From assembly GCA_964478625.1 (NCBI GenBank), contig CAYZJH010000001.1, positions 76,588-140,587 on the forward strand: a DNA stretch of 64,000 bases. The letters are read 5' to 3'. Positions 47,079 through 56,600 of the stretch are shown here, one piece after another. The stretch's first letter is position 1. Each line of letters starts with the position of its first letter. The position numbers and the translations under genes are program-made. This DNA comes from an uncultured Desulfobacteraceae bacterium (GTDB lineage: Bacteria; Desulfobacterota; Desulfobacteria; Desulfobacterales; SKZT01). The notes under the pieces were generated by a model, which ran no database searches, had not been told where the DNA came from, and saw nothing but the letters and a program-made list of their open reading frames with translations.

Positions 47079-49214
47079 ATGCGAATGCGTTGGAAATTTT
47101 TAATCGTCTTGCTGGGCATTTCATTAGTTCCCATGTTCATCATGCGTATCAATGGTCAACAAACGATGCGTTCATTGGGCCAGGATTTGGCCACCCACTC
47201 CAAAAACGCCTTAATCATTGAAACCAAAATTGCTCTGAAACGCCTGGTGGAAGATCATGCCCGCGTCCTGAAACGCGAGCGGGAGTTGCTGGAAATGACA
47301 CTTTCCCTGCTTTCATCGGAAATCCAGAAAAGACTTTATTACCTTGAAGACAACTCTTTTATTGAAACGGAAATCTTTTTCTCATCCGGAACAATTGCAT
47401 TACAAGAACATCATGAAAAGGAGATGTATTGTGTTCTAAAACATCAAAATCAATGCCTTCCCATGAAAGTAGATTTTAAAAAACAAGGCATTTATGACCT
47501 CACCTTGACTGAGGGAAAAAATGAGGATCAAGATATTTCACACAGGCTTGCCTCATTGCTTTCTTTAAACTTTGCCATCAAAAACAAACATCCTGAATTA
47601 ATTCTTTGGCAATATGTCATTATGGAAACCGGTACTGAAATGATCTATCCTTTTCCGGGCCATGAATACAGACATCGCATGAGGAGCATGTCCCCATTGC
47701 CGGATTGGTATCTTGCAGCAAAAGAAAAAAGACATATCAACTGGTCGCACCCAACTCTGGATCCAATAACCGGCGGAATTGTGTTTTTTGTATCCGCGCC
47801 TTTTTATGACCTGGAAGGAAATTTTACGGGCGCATCGGCTCTTGCAGTTCCTCTGACTGTTTTTCTTCATGAAAACAAACACATACGGATGCTCTCTGAT
47901 CATGTAATCTCCCTGCTGGTCGAACCTGAACACTCTGCAGAACGGCCCATAAGAATCATTGCACAGGAATCGGCTCATGAAAAAAGACATAGGCACTGGT
48001 TTGCAGCAGCTTCTCCCCAATGGCTGAAATCACCCGACCTTGCTCAGTTACAGGAAATGGCCGAAGATCTCAAAAATTATCATTCCGATGTCCGCGAAAT
48101 AGAATATGGAGGCATTTCAAACCTGATGGCTTATCAATCTTTTGATGAGCACGGTACGGCACTTCTCTTAATAGTGCCTAAGGAAGATATTTTAAAAGAT
48201 GCCAACCTCATTGAAAAATATGTTCATGATAAAATCGATGAACAAATCGTTTTTACCGGCATCATTTTACTCACTATTTTTATCGTGATTATCGTTTTGT
48301 CGTTTATATTGTCCCGATCATTTACAATTAACATTTCCAGGTTGGCAGAAGCTGTCGCGCGTGTTGCCTCCGGAGACTTTCATGCACGGGTAGATTTAAA
48401 AACCCGTGATGAATTGGGGCAACTCGGAAAAGCTTTCAATGGGATGATTCCCGCCCTTGAGGAACGAGTTCACATGAAACAATCTCTGGATTTGGCCGTT
48501 GAAGTTCAGCAGAGTTTGTTCCCATCAAAGACCCCAAAAATTGAAGGCATTTCTATCGCCGCAAACAGCCTTTACTGCCAGGAAACAGGTGGTGATTTTT
48601 ATGATTTTATAGACATTTATCGGAATGACACAACTGGCACTGCGGTTGTTGTTGGTGATGTGACCGGCCATGGCCTGTCCGCTGCATTACTCATGGCGAC
48701 CTCCAGAGCATTTTTAAGATCACGCCTCACACAACCAGGCTCCATGGGACAAATTATCACCGATATCAACCGCCTGATATCCGAAGATACCATTGAAACC
48801 TCCCAGTTTGTAACATTATTTTATCTGGAAATTGACCATGACCACAAAAGTTACCGATGGATCAGAGCAGGCCATGATCCGGCAATCATTTATGATCCTG
48901 TAATGGATAGGTTTTCGAACCTTGACGGTAAAGGTCCCGCTTTAGGGATAATGAGTGATTTTAAATATGAGGAAACGCCGGCTGTTAAATTTCTGTCAGG
49001 CCAGATTCTTCTTATAGGAACAGACGGCATCTGGGAAACACGAAATCCAGAGGGTGAAATGTATAATAAACAGAGAATCAAAACCATCATCCGAAACAAC
49101 CGTCAAAATTCTGCTGAGCAGATCCTGGAAGCCGTCACCAGCGCTCTTCTGCATTTCAGGGGAAACCGGCGCCAGGATGATGATGTTACAATGGTGATCA
49201 TTAAAATGGATTAA
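47079..49214 (+). CDS. Membrane-bound SpoIIE/PP2C-family protein phosphatase with an extracytoplasmic sensor domain and HAMP.
   Basis: 711-aa ORF. The order is N-terminal TM, a ~350-aa periplasmic region, a second TM, HAMP (RLAEAVARVASGDF) and then PP2C motifs (GGDFYDF, VVVGDVTGHGLSAALLMA, GTDGIWE, DDVTMV). Confidence 0.85.
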   Translation: MRMRWKFLIVLLGISLVPMFIMRINGQQTMRSLGQDLATHSKNALIIETKIALKRLVEDHARVLKRERELLEMTLSLLSSEIQKRLYYLEDNSFIETEIFFSSGTIALQEHHEKEMYCVLKHQNQCLPMKVDFKKQGIYDLTLTEGKNEDQDISHRLASLLSLNFAIKNKHPELILWQYVIMETGTEMIYPFPGHEYRHRMRSMSPLPDWYLAAKEKRHINWSHPTLDPITGGIVFFVSAPFYDLEGNFTGASALAVPLTVFLHENKHIRMLSDHVISLLVEPEHSAERPIRIIAQESAHEKRHRHWFAAASPQWLKSPDLAQLQEMAEDLKNYHSDVREIEYGGISNLMAYQSFDEHGTALLLIVPKEDILKDANLIEKYVHDKIDEQIVFTGIILLTIFIVIIVLSFILSRSFTINISRLAEAVARVASGDFHARVDLKTRDELGQLGKAFNGMIPALEERVHMKQSLDLAVEVQQSLFPSKTPKIEGISIAANSLYCQETGGDFYDFIDIYRNDTTGTAVVVGDVTGHGLSAALLMATSRAFLRSRLTQPGSMGQIITDINRLISEDTIETSQFVTLFYLEIDHDHKSYRWIRAGHDPAIIYDPVMDRFSNLDGKGPALGIMSDFKYEETPAVKFLSGQILLIGTDGIWETRNPEGEMYNKQRIKTIIRNNRQNSAEQILEAVTSALLHFRGNRRQDDDVTMVIIKMD

Positions 49215-49254
49215 CAACGCAATCCCCTAAAGCCAATCCTGGAGGTTGAAGAAC

Positions 49255-50007
49255 TCAGGTACCTGAATTTTCAACAAATAAAAGCCAATTAAATCGTGCC
49301 AGAATGCTTTGGAATTCAGTGCTTACGGGGGCTGAAATTTCAACCACCGAGCCATTTATCGGATGCAGGAAGCTTAAAGCAACAGCATTAAGCAGCAGGC
49401 ACCTGCAGTTAAAATGATGCCTGAAAAATTGGTTATGGGCGGTCACGCCATATTTCGTATCACCAATAATAGGATGTCTGATATGTTTCATGTGCCGACG
49501 CAGCTGATGCCTTCGCCCTGTTTCAGGAAACAGGGCCACCAGAGAATAACGGCTGGTAGGATACTTATCGACTTCAAAATTGATTTCAATGGTAGCAAGC
49601 CGCAAGTATCGACTGATGCTATAGCATTGGTCAGCTGTCGAAAAATCCATGCCCGGCACCCCTTTATATCTGATATCCTTAATATCGTATTGAATCGTTC
49701 CATGCTCCGGAGTATAACCCCGCACGATAGCCATATACTTTTTCGTTACCTGACCTGACTGAAATAATTCTGCGGTTTTTTTTGCCGTTTCGGAATTCAG
49801 GGCAAACAACAATACTCCTGCAGTGGGCCTGTCTAACCTATGAACCGGAAAAACATGACGACCGATTTGATTGCGGACGATTTGAAGGGCAAATTCTTTT
49901 TCATTTCGGTCAATCGGACTGCGATGCACCAATAATCCGGCTGGCTTGTTGACAGCAATCAGATAGGGGTCTTGATAGAGTATTTCCAATTGTTGTAGTA
50001 TGGGCAT
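49255..50007 (-). CDS. RluA-family pseudouridine synthase (TruC-like).
   Basis: 250-aa ORF. ILYQDPYLIAVNKPAGLLVH and the catalytic HRLDRPTAGVLLFA, together with HQLRRH, are RluA/TruC signatures. Confidence 0.85.
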   Translation of the reverse strand: MPILQQLEILYQDPYLIAVNKPAGLLVHRSPIDRNEKEFALQIVRNQIGRHVFPVHRLDRPTAGVLLFALNSETAKKTAELFQSGQVTKKYMAIVRGYTPEHGTIQYDIKDIRYKGVPGMDFSTADQCYSISRYLRLATIEINFEVDKYPTSRYSLVALFPETGRRHQLRRHMKHIRHPIIGDTKYGVTAHNQFFRHHFNCRCLLLNAVALSFLHPINGSVVEISAPVSTEFQSILARFNWLLFVENSGT

Positions 50008-50231
50008 CAGCTATTTTTGATAATTTTTCCGGAGGCTTTTCAGCACAACAAACATTTAAAAGGTTCGCACTCTTCTGCATAAAACTCAGAACTACTGCGC
50101 AGGATAGAGATCCGTGCAAGATGAATCACTTTATTAACCATTTTGGCCGCTGTCCACAACCATAAAATATAGATAAAAAGCCGTTACTCTGATAATAACA
50201 AAACAATTTAAAGAATTTCGAGGGCAACAAT

Positions 50232-50714
50232 ATGGCGCAGGAAACCAAATGTTTTCCCGCAAACAGCGAAGAAATTTTTTCATTAATCAAAAAGATTTTT
50301 GAAGAACTTATGCCTTTTGACAGATTATTGGGAGTTAAAATTATCGAGATAGGATTCGATGATGTTTGCGTGCGGGTGGACATGAAAACGGAATTTGTGG
50401 GAAATTTTGCAAAAGGGATTCTTCATGGTGGTGTTATTTCATCCGTGTTGGATTTAACAGGCGGTTTAATTGCTTATGTCGGTGTCATTAAAAGAATATA
50501 TGGACAAAGCCTTGATGAAATCATGCATCGTTTTTCACGTATGGGGACTATCGATTTGCGGGTGGATTATCTTCGCGCCGGTAAAGGAAAATACTTCCTT
50601 ACCCGAGGATCCATTTTAAGGATCGGTAATAAAGTGGCTGTGGTTCGCACAGAGTTTAAAAATGATGAGTCTGTTTTGATCGCCGCAGGCACTGGCACCT
50701 ATCTTGTCGGGTAA
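50232..50714 (+). CDS. Hotdog-fold thioesterase (PaaI/4HBT-like).
   Basis: 160-aa ORF. GILHGGVISSVLDLTGG is typical of PaaI-family thioesterases. Confidence 0.75.
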   Translation: MAQETKCFPANSEEIFSLIKKIFEELMPFDRLLGVKIIEIGFDDVCVRVDMKTEFVGNFAKGILHGGVISSVLDLTGGLIAYVGVIKRIYGQSLDEIMHRFSRMGTIDLRVDYLRAGKGKYFLTRGSILRIGNKVAVVRTEFKNDESVLIAAGTGTYLVG

Positions 50715-50785
50715 ATAGAGACGGTCTTTTTTTTACAATTTTTCTCTTCTGATTTCAATCAAAATTATTGCAAACAGGAAACGCC

Positions 50786-51382
50786 ATGATCAACTACACG
50801 GGAATCAATCATTTGGCAATGGTAACCGGCGATATGAACAAGACTATCAGATTCTGGCGAGACCTTCTCGGAATGAGATTAGTGGCCGGTTTAGGGCACC
50901 CGGGATATCGTCACTATTTTTTTGAAATATCCAAACATGATATGATCGCTTTTTTTGAATGGGATGGCATTGAAAAAGGAAAACTGAAGGACCACGGAGT
51001 TCCTGTTAAAGGACCTTATACTTTTGACCATGTCTCCATTGAAGTGGAATCTGATGAAGACCTATGGAAATTGAAAGATACCTTTGAAGCTGCGGATATC
51101 TGGGTTTCAGAAATTATCGATCATGGATTTATTCACTCCATCTACGCATTTGATCCAAACAATATTCCCATTGAATTCAGCGCACCGGTAAAAGAATTCG
51201 ATATCAGAAAATCTCCCCGAATGGCGGATAAAAGCCCATGTGAAACTGCACTGGAAGGCCCTGAACCTCGGTCGGGACACTGGCCTCCGGTTATCCGTGA
51301 TACCCCTGAGAACGAACGAACCATTTATCCCGGCGAGGGAACTATTTTGAAAAAAGCCGATTTTAAAATTAAATCAGAATGA
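50786..51382 (+). CDS. VOC (glyoxalase/bleomycin-resistance/dioxygenase) family protein.
   Basis: The ORF track starts at TTG 50768; the ATG at 50786 gives MINYTGINHLAMVTGDMNKTIRFWRDLLGMRL, a classic VOC beta-alpha-beta start. A second half-domain has FDHVSIEV. Confidence 0.75.
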   Translation: MINYTGINHLAMVTGDMNKTIRFWRDLLGMRLVAGLGHPGYRHYFFEISKHDMIAFFEWDGIEKGKLKDHGVPVKGPYTFDHVSIEVESDEDLWKLKDTFEAADIWVSEIIDHGFIHSIYAFDPNNIPIEFSAPVKEFDIRKSPRMADKSPCETALEGPEPRSGHWPPVIRDTPENERTIYPGEGTILKKADFKIKSE

Positions 51383-51431
51383 CCCTTGCAATCGAATAAA
51401 ATAAACATTAGAGTCAATAGTTATAGAGATG

Positions 51432-51476
51432 AGCCTCTTTTGAATGAGTGTAAATTCAGCTCAGCAAAAGGAGGCT
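51432..51476 (+). terminator. Probable terminator after the VOC gene.
   Basis: AGCCTCTTTTG(22 nt)CAAAAGGAGGCT forms a stem with one bulge, followed by a T-rich sequence. Confidence 0.45.
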
Positions 51477-51599
51477 TTCATATTTTAAGAATAAATTAAA
51501 CACCGATCGACCGTAATTCCGCAAATACGGGCCAAATTTTCGGCAACTGTCAAAAATCGGTCATCAAATCCAATTTTTAAAAAATTAAGGAGCGTTTAA

Positions 51600-52598
51600 A
51601 TGAGGTCATTTTTGAGAAGTGCTTTAGTGATTTTATGTTTTTGCAGTTTTTTTGTCTTTCCATCTTTTGCAGAGGAAAATGCCGCCTCGGGTGAAAATCA
51701 AATAGCCGCTTCCGTAAATGGAACAGCGATTACAAAGGTCGAATTGGAACGTGAAATTCTCAATCTCAGTCACCGGTATGCCATTCAAATGCAAGATTCT
51801 GATATTCCGGATGATATTGAAACAAAAGCTTTAGATAATTTAATCACCAAACAACTGCTTTATGAGGCAAGCCAAAAAGCTCAAATAAAAGTCACGGATT
51901 CGGAAGTCGATAAAAATCTTCAGCAGGCAATCGATAGGTTTCCTAACAAAGAGGCCTTTGAAGCCGTTCTTGAACGTGAAAATGTCACCGAAGAAGAACT
52001 GAAATCCGAAATTCGATATGGTCTTGCCATCCAAACGTATGTTGAAGATAATTATGTTTCCAAAACCAGTGTTTCAGATGAAGAATTAAAGAATTATTAT
52101 GAATCCAACCCTGATTTGTTCAAACATCCGGAAATGGTCAAGGCAAGCCATATCCTGATTAGATTCGATGAGCAGGCAGATGAAGCTCAGAAAATGGAAG
52201 CACGGAAAAAAATTGACGATATAGCAAAACAATTAAAGGATGGAAAAGATTTCGCGGAGCTTGCTAAAACCTATTCCGAGTGCCCCAGCAGCAGTAATGG
52301 AGGTGATCTTGGTTCGTTTAGGCGAGGACAGATGGTCAAACCATTTGAAGATGCAGCGTTCTCGTTGAATGCCGGAGAAATAAGCCCAGTGGTTGAAACA
52401 CGTTTTGGCTATCATATTATCAAAGTTTTTGAAAAACAGTCTGAAGGATCGTTTCCCTTAGATCAGGTAAAACCGCAAATTCAGCAAGTCCTTACAAGGG
52501 AAAAGGTTCAAAAACTTATGGAAAAAGACATTGAAACTCTCAAATCAAAAGCCGATATTAAAACTTTTGTGACCCTGGATGAAAACACCAAAAAATAG
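51600..52598 (+). CDS. Secreted parvulin-type peptidyl-prolyl isomerase (SurA/PrsA-like).
   Basis: 332-aa ORF with a signal peptide (ALVILCFCSFFVFPSFA). The PpiC domain reads ASHILIRF...GGDLGSFRRGQMVKPFEDAAFSL...FGYHIIKV. Confidence 0.85.
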   Translation: MRSFLRSALVILCFCSFFVFPSFAEENAASGENQIAASVNGTAITKVELEREILNLSHRYAIQMQDSDIPDDIETKALDNLITKQLLYEASQKAQIKVTDSEVDKNLQQAIDRFPNKEAFEAVLERENVTEEELKSEIRYGLAIQTYVEDNYVSKTSVSDEELKNYYESNPDLFKHPEMVKASHILIRFDEQADEAQKMEARKKIDDIAKQLKDGKDFAELAKTYSECPSSSNGGDLGSFRRGQMVKPFEDAAFSLNAGEISPVVETRFGYHIIKVFEKQSEGSFPLDQVKPQIQQVLTREKVQKLMEKDIETLKSKADIKTFVTLDENTKK

Positions 52599-52623
52599 GT
52601 AATCCTTTACTTCATGAATAATT

Positions 52624-52652
52624 CGGCGGGGTTAATATTCAATACCCCGCCG
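52624..52652. terminator. Bidirectional hairpin terminator between the PPIase gene and the 95-aa gene.
   Basis: CGGCGGGGT(11 nt)ACCCCGCCG is a perfect 9-bp GC-rich stem, with T-rich sequence downstream on the plus strand. Confidence 0.75.
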
Positions 52653-52718
52653 AGTTTGGTTTTGATAGATATGCCCCCGAAGGGGGAATGGATTGTCTGT
52701 TCAGGTTTGCTGTCAGCT

Positions 52719-53006
52719 TTAACCCGCTTTTTGCCACTGGTGGATAAGATAATCAAATAGCAGTTTTTCCAGCATGTAAAATCCTCTGTTGTCAACTACC
52801 TTTATGCTCTTATCCTTATAAGAAAAATCCTCGCAATAAGCATACATTTCCGGGTGTTCCTGTATTATTGCCTCCCATACCATTTCCGGTTTATCGGTTG
52901 TGCATAAAGCACTGATGATATCCATAACCGACACCTTACCATCCGGCGTAAACCGGATTTGATCCTGGTCAAGAGTGAACATTAAACTTTTTATCATTTT
53001 ATTCAT
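52719..53006 (-). CDS. Hypothetical small protein (95 aa), translationally coupled to the upstream histidine kinase.
   Basis: Its ATG lies 1 nt after the kinase stop codon (TAGtATG). It has no receiver-domain motifs. It weakly recalls Bro-N/KilA-N-type N termini (IRFTPDGKVSVMDIISAL), and that resemblance is not a confident call. Confidence 0.5.
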   Translation of the reverse strand: MNKMIKSLMFTLDQDQIRFTPDGKVSVMDIISALCTTDKPEMVWEAIIQEHPEMYAYCEDFSYKDKSIKVVDNRGFYMLEKLLFDYLIHQWQKAG

Positions 53007-53007
53007 A

Positions 53008-54246
53008 CTAACATTCCCATGTAATCAAAATAGTGGTACCTTTTTCCAGTGATGATTCGATAGAAAAAAAACCTCCCGACAGTTCAGTTCGTTCTTTCAT
53101 GCCGATGATTCCCCAACCTTTTTCAGAATTTTTGGGAGATAAGGCATTGATAATTTCAAAACCGGAACCATTGTCTTCTATGCTGAAAACCAATGTATTT
53201 TTATCCTTTTTGATGGCCAGCTTTACCTGATCAGCACCGCTGTGCTTGGCAACATTATTCAAAGATTCCTGCAAGATGCGGTAAATGATAAGCTTCAAGG
53301 AATTCGGTATATCTTTTTCTTCTATCCCGAAATCTTGGACTATTGAAATTTCAGGAAATTTCTTTTTAAACTGACGGCAATGCCAGTTGATCGTGGCTAA
53401 AATCCCCAAGTCATCAATACAGGGAGGCCTCAAGTCCGTAATGATTCTTCTGACCTCACGAATGCTTCGATCAGCCATTTCAAGAGCCGGTTGAAGAGTC
53501 TTCTGTGATAAATACTGTTGGTTTTCCATGGACTCAATTTTGTGACTTAAGTAAAATTTGATTCCAGCAAGATTTTGAGCGATGGTATCATGAAGCTCCC
53601 TGGCGATCCTTTTTCGCTCGTTTTCATGTGCTATCAACAATTGGGCCGAAAGAAACCGAAGAATTTTCTCAGATTTTTTGAGTCTGGATTCCATATTTTT
53701 TCGCTCGGAAATTTCTACGGAATTTCCAAGGATCGCAGGGTTACCATTATAGTTAATCAGAGAATTCCTGCGAATGGTCCAGATAATCTGCCCGTCTTTT
53801 CTTATTCCTCGTACCTCATACTCCGAGGGAGTAGCTGTTCCCTGTAATCGTTTTTCCCTTAAAGCTGCAATTGTTGTCCGGTCCTGGGCCGGAACCAGGT
53901 CAAGAGAATCTTTGCCGATCAGTTCTTCCCGTTCATACCCGTACATATCAGCAAATCGCTGATTGCAAAATACGATCCTACCCTCTTGAACAATAAAAAT
54001 GCCCGTCAAAGAATTTTCAACCACGAGACTGTAAAGCCATTGCCGATCTTCGTTCGCCTGTAATGTTTTGATGCAGTCTTCGTACTTTTCTATTTTGCCT
54101 CTCAGCTGGTGATTTTCCTCTGATAGGACATTTAATTCAGTGTCGGTCTCCATATTAACTTTCGGTATATTGATTTTTTTTAAGGATTCGTATTTTCGCG
54201 GCGCCTTTTTTTTTGGCCAATTGAGATATCCCCGCCTGGCCACCAC
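53008..54246 (-). CDS. Cytoplasmic PAS-domain sensor histidine kinase of the HisKA_3 (NarL/DegS-partner) type.
   Basis: 412-aa ORF with a coiled coil and a PAS domain (FCNQRFADMYGYEREELIGK). The H-box is ERKRIARELHDTIAQNL, and the HATPase region has NNVAKHS, DNGSGF and GWGIIGMKER. The start is GTG 54246 or ATG 54153. Confidence 0.8.
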   Translation of the reverse strand: MVARRGYLNWPKKKAPRKYESLKKINIPKVNMETDTELNVLSEENHQLRGKIEKYEDCIKTLQANEDRQWLYSLVVENSLTGIFIVQEGRIVFCNQRFADMYGYEREELIGKDSLDLVPAQDRTTIAALREKRLQGTATPSEYEVRGIRKDGQIIWTIRRNSLINYNGNPAILGNSVEISERKNMESRLKKSEKILRFLSAQLLIAHENERKRIARELHDTIAQNLAGIKFYLSHKIESMENQQYLSQKTLQPALEMADRSIREVRRIITDLRPPCIDDLGILATINWHCRQFKKKFPEISIVQDFGIEEKDIPNSLKLIIYRILQESLNNVAKHSGADQVKLAIKKDKNTLVFSIEDNGSGFEIINALSPKNSEKGWGIIGMKERTELSGGFFSIESSLEKGTTILITWEC

Positions 54247-54536
54247 CCAATGATAATGGTATCAATCCAAAATTTTAGGGCCCTATTTTATCACAAAAGC
54301 CTTAAAACACACAATCTAATTTTTACTGCATAGGAATGGTTCCAAATATTTTAAAAGAGTTTCCGGTTTTAATAATTTTGTCAAATATCATTTTACGCTG
54401 AAAATAGTATTTGTGAATCTTTCAAAAAAAATAACAAAATGGAAGTCATTATAATCAAAATGAAAACCTATTCAAAAACTCCCTTGACAGTATAATTTTA
54501 TGATTTATTTTTCCGTCTGAAAGATGGTTAACATTC

Positions 54537-54545
54537 TGATATAAT
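54537..54545 (+). promoter_or_regulatory. Candidate extended -10 promoter (TGnTATAAT) for the hsp20 array.
   Basis: TGATATAAT sits about 200 nt upstream of the first hsp20 ATG, inside a ~500-bp AT-rich noncoding region. A separate CTTGACA at 54483..54489 lacks a properly spaced -10 element. Confidence 0.3.
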
Positions 54546-54743
54546 AGAATTTAAATTCATTACAAAACAATATTTACAAAACGGATACAGGTGATTTTCA
54601 TTAATTTTTTTTAATTAGTGTAGATTTACCGACTGATTGTTTTTTGCATTACTTTTTACTTATTTTTTAGTCAAAAACAAAATCATATATCAACACGGAA
54701 AATTCGTAAAATTAAACGTCATATTGATCGAGGAGGTGAAACC

Positions 54744-55220
54744 ATGGCAATGATCAGGCTGAAACAACCGGCATATCCGGGGGCGGGGTTCGTAGGAGGG
54801 CGTTTCGGAAAAAATGTCAATATCTTTGAAAATGAAATGAATCGCCTGTTCAATCAATTTTTTGGAAATGATCTGTCCACTGCATATTCAAGCGCATTCC
54901 CAGCGATAAATATTTATCAGGATCAGGACAACATTTACCTGACAGCTGAACTTCCGGGAATGGATACCTCTGAGGTCATCATTGACATCGAGCAGGATAG
55001 TATTCAGATACGAGGGGAACGGAAAATCGAAAACGAAGGTGAAAACTTATGTTATCACAGGCGCGAAAGAGAGGGTGGAACCTTTTCCCGGAAACTGACC
55101 TTCAGGAATAAGATCGACCCAAACAAAGTCACTGCAGGACTAAAAGACGGTATTCTGAAGGTAACCATGCCAAAAGCGAAGGAATTTCAACCGAAAAAAA
55201 TTGTTGTTAAAACAGAATAA
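54744..55220 (+). CDS. Hsp20/alpha-crystallin small heat-shock protein (type A of the array).
   Basis: 158-aa ORF. The alpha-crystallin domain reads FPAINIYQDQDNIYLTAELPGM...YHRREREGGTFSRKLTF...DGILKVTMPK. GAGGAGG RBS. Confidence 0.9.
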   Translation: MAMIRLKQPAYPGAGFVGGRFGKNVNIFENEMNRLFNQFFGNDLSTAYSSAFPAINIYQDQDNIYLTAELPGMDTSEVIIDIEQDSIQIRGERKIENEGENLCYHRREREGGTFSRKLTFRNKIDPNKVTAGLKDGILKVTMPKAKEFQPKKIVVKTE

Positions 55221-55267
55221 CCTTTCCAGAATCAAGGGTGGACTAATATCAATTGAAGGAGGATACG

Positions 55268-55663
55268 ATGGAACCTAAAGACATTCAGGTACAGGAAAAA
55301 AAAGAGATTGAATCTCAGGGTGAAATGACTCAGGAAGGCCCGTTTTTTGTACCGAACGTTGATATATTCGAAGATGATGACAATATAGTCCTGCTTGCGG
55401 ATATGCCTGGAGTCAGCAAGGACAATGTTGATATGCGCTTAGAGGACGGCCAGTTACGAATACGAGGAAAAGTATCCAAAGAGGTGCCTGGAGATTATGT
55501 CCTTTCAGAATATTCCATAGGAGATTATTTTAGCAATTTCGCCTTATCCACAGCTATAAACCAGGCCGCAATTCAGGCTTCCATGAAAAACGGAGTTCTG
55601 AGAGTTGTTTTGCCGAAATCGGATCAATCAAAACCCAGAAAGATTTCCATAAAGTCAAATTAA
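55268..55663 (+). CDS. Hsp20/alpha-crystallin small heat-shock protein (type B of the array).
   Basis: The ORF track starts at TTG 55253; the ATG at 55268 follows GAAGGAGG. The domain reads VDIFEDDDNIVLLADMPGV...NGVLRVVLPK. Confidence 0.9.
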   Translation: MEPKDIQVQEKKEIESQGEMTQEGPFFVPNVDIFEDDDNIVLLADMPGVSKDNVDMRLEDGQLRIRGKVSKEVPGDYVLSEYSIGDYFSNFALSTAINQAAIQASMKNGVLRVVLPKSDQSKPRKISIKSN

Positions 55664-55693
55664 AAAAAATCAATTAACAAGGAGGAATTTACA

Positions 55694-56152
55694 ATGTTAC
55701 CGAAAAGATTTCTTGATTTTCCGGATTGGAATGTGGGTAATCCTTTTTTAGACTTCGAGCGTATGAGGCGTGAAATGAACAGACTTGCCGAGGGCTTCAG
55801 AAGTGGGTTACCTTCTTTTACAACCGCTGGGGTTTTCCCTCTGACCAACGTGACCGAGGACAATGACCACTACTATGTCAGAGCTGAACTTCCAGGTATG
55901 AATACCCAGGATATCGAAATTTCGGCAACTGACAGCAGCCTTTCCATTTCAGGTCAAAGAATCATCCCCAAAGAAGGAGACAATGTCCGGTATCATCGTC
56001 GGGAGAGAGAAGCGGGAAAATTCAGCAGAATGATAAGCCTTCCCGGTACCGTTGACACGGATAAGGTAGAAGCAAGCTTTACAGACGGCATCCTTAAAAT
56101 TGTTCTTCCGAAATCCGAGGCTATGAAACCAAAACAGATCGAAGTCAAATAA
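55694..56152 (+). CDS. Hsp20/alpha-crystallin small heat-shock protein (type A paralog).
   Basis: 152-aa ORF. FPLTNVTEDNDHYYVRAELPGM...YHRREREAGKFSRMISL...DGILKIVLPK is clearly paralogous to 54744..55220. Confidence 0.9.
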   Translation: MLPKRFLDFPDWNVGNPFLDFERMRREMNRLAEGFRSGLPSFTTAGVFPLTNVTEDNDHYYVRAELPGMNTQDIEISATDSSLSISGQRIIPKEGDNVRYHRREREAGKFSRMISLPGTVDTDKVEASFTDGILKIVLPKSEAMKPKQIEVK

Positions 56153-56189
56153 ACCATAGAATGTTATTCACAGAGGGGAGGGATTGCAA

Positions 56190-56600
56190 ATGACTGAAAT
56201 GAATACTAAAGAGATTCAGGCTAGAGAAAAAAAAGATGTGTCTGCCGTACCTGAACAGACAAAGCCCGGACTTCTTTTTACACCGGCTGTAGATATCTTC
56301 GAAAATGATCAGGAGCTGACCGTCATTGCCGACCTGCCAGGGGTAAAGCCTAATAATCTCGAAATCGACCTAAGAAAAGATACACTCAGTATTATCGGTG
56401 ATGTGGAACCTCCTGAAAATTCAGGTGAAATTGATCATATCAGGGAATTTAGAACCGGTCGGTTTTTCAGACAATTTACTTTGTCGGAAGTTATTGACCA
56501 AAATAAGATAGAGGCATCCTTAAAGAATGGCGTTTTACGATTGAGGCTTCCTAAAGTAGAAAAAGCCGTACCTCGAAAAATCACGGTACAAGAAGGATAG
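56190..56600 (+). CDS. Hsp20/alpha-crystallin small heat-shock protein (type B paralog).
   Basis: The ORF track starts at TTG 56184; the ATG is at 56190. VDIFENDQELTVIADLPGV...NGVLRLRLPK is paralogous to 55268..55663. Confidence 0.9.
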   Translation: MTEMNTKEIQAREKKDVSAVPEQTKPGLLFTPAVDIFENDQELTVIADLPGVKPNNLEIDLRKDTLSIIGDVEPPENSGEIDHIREFRTGRFFRQFTLSEVIDQNKIEASLKNGVLRLRLPKVEKAVPRKITVQEG

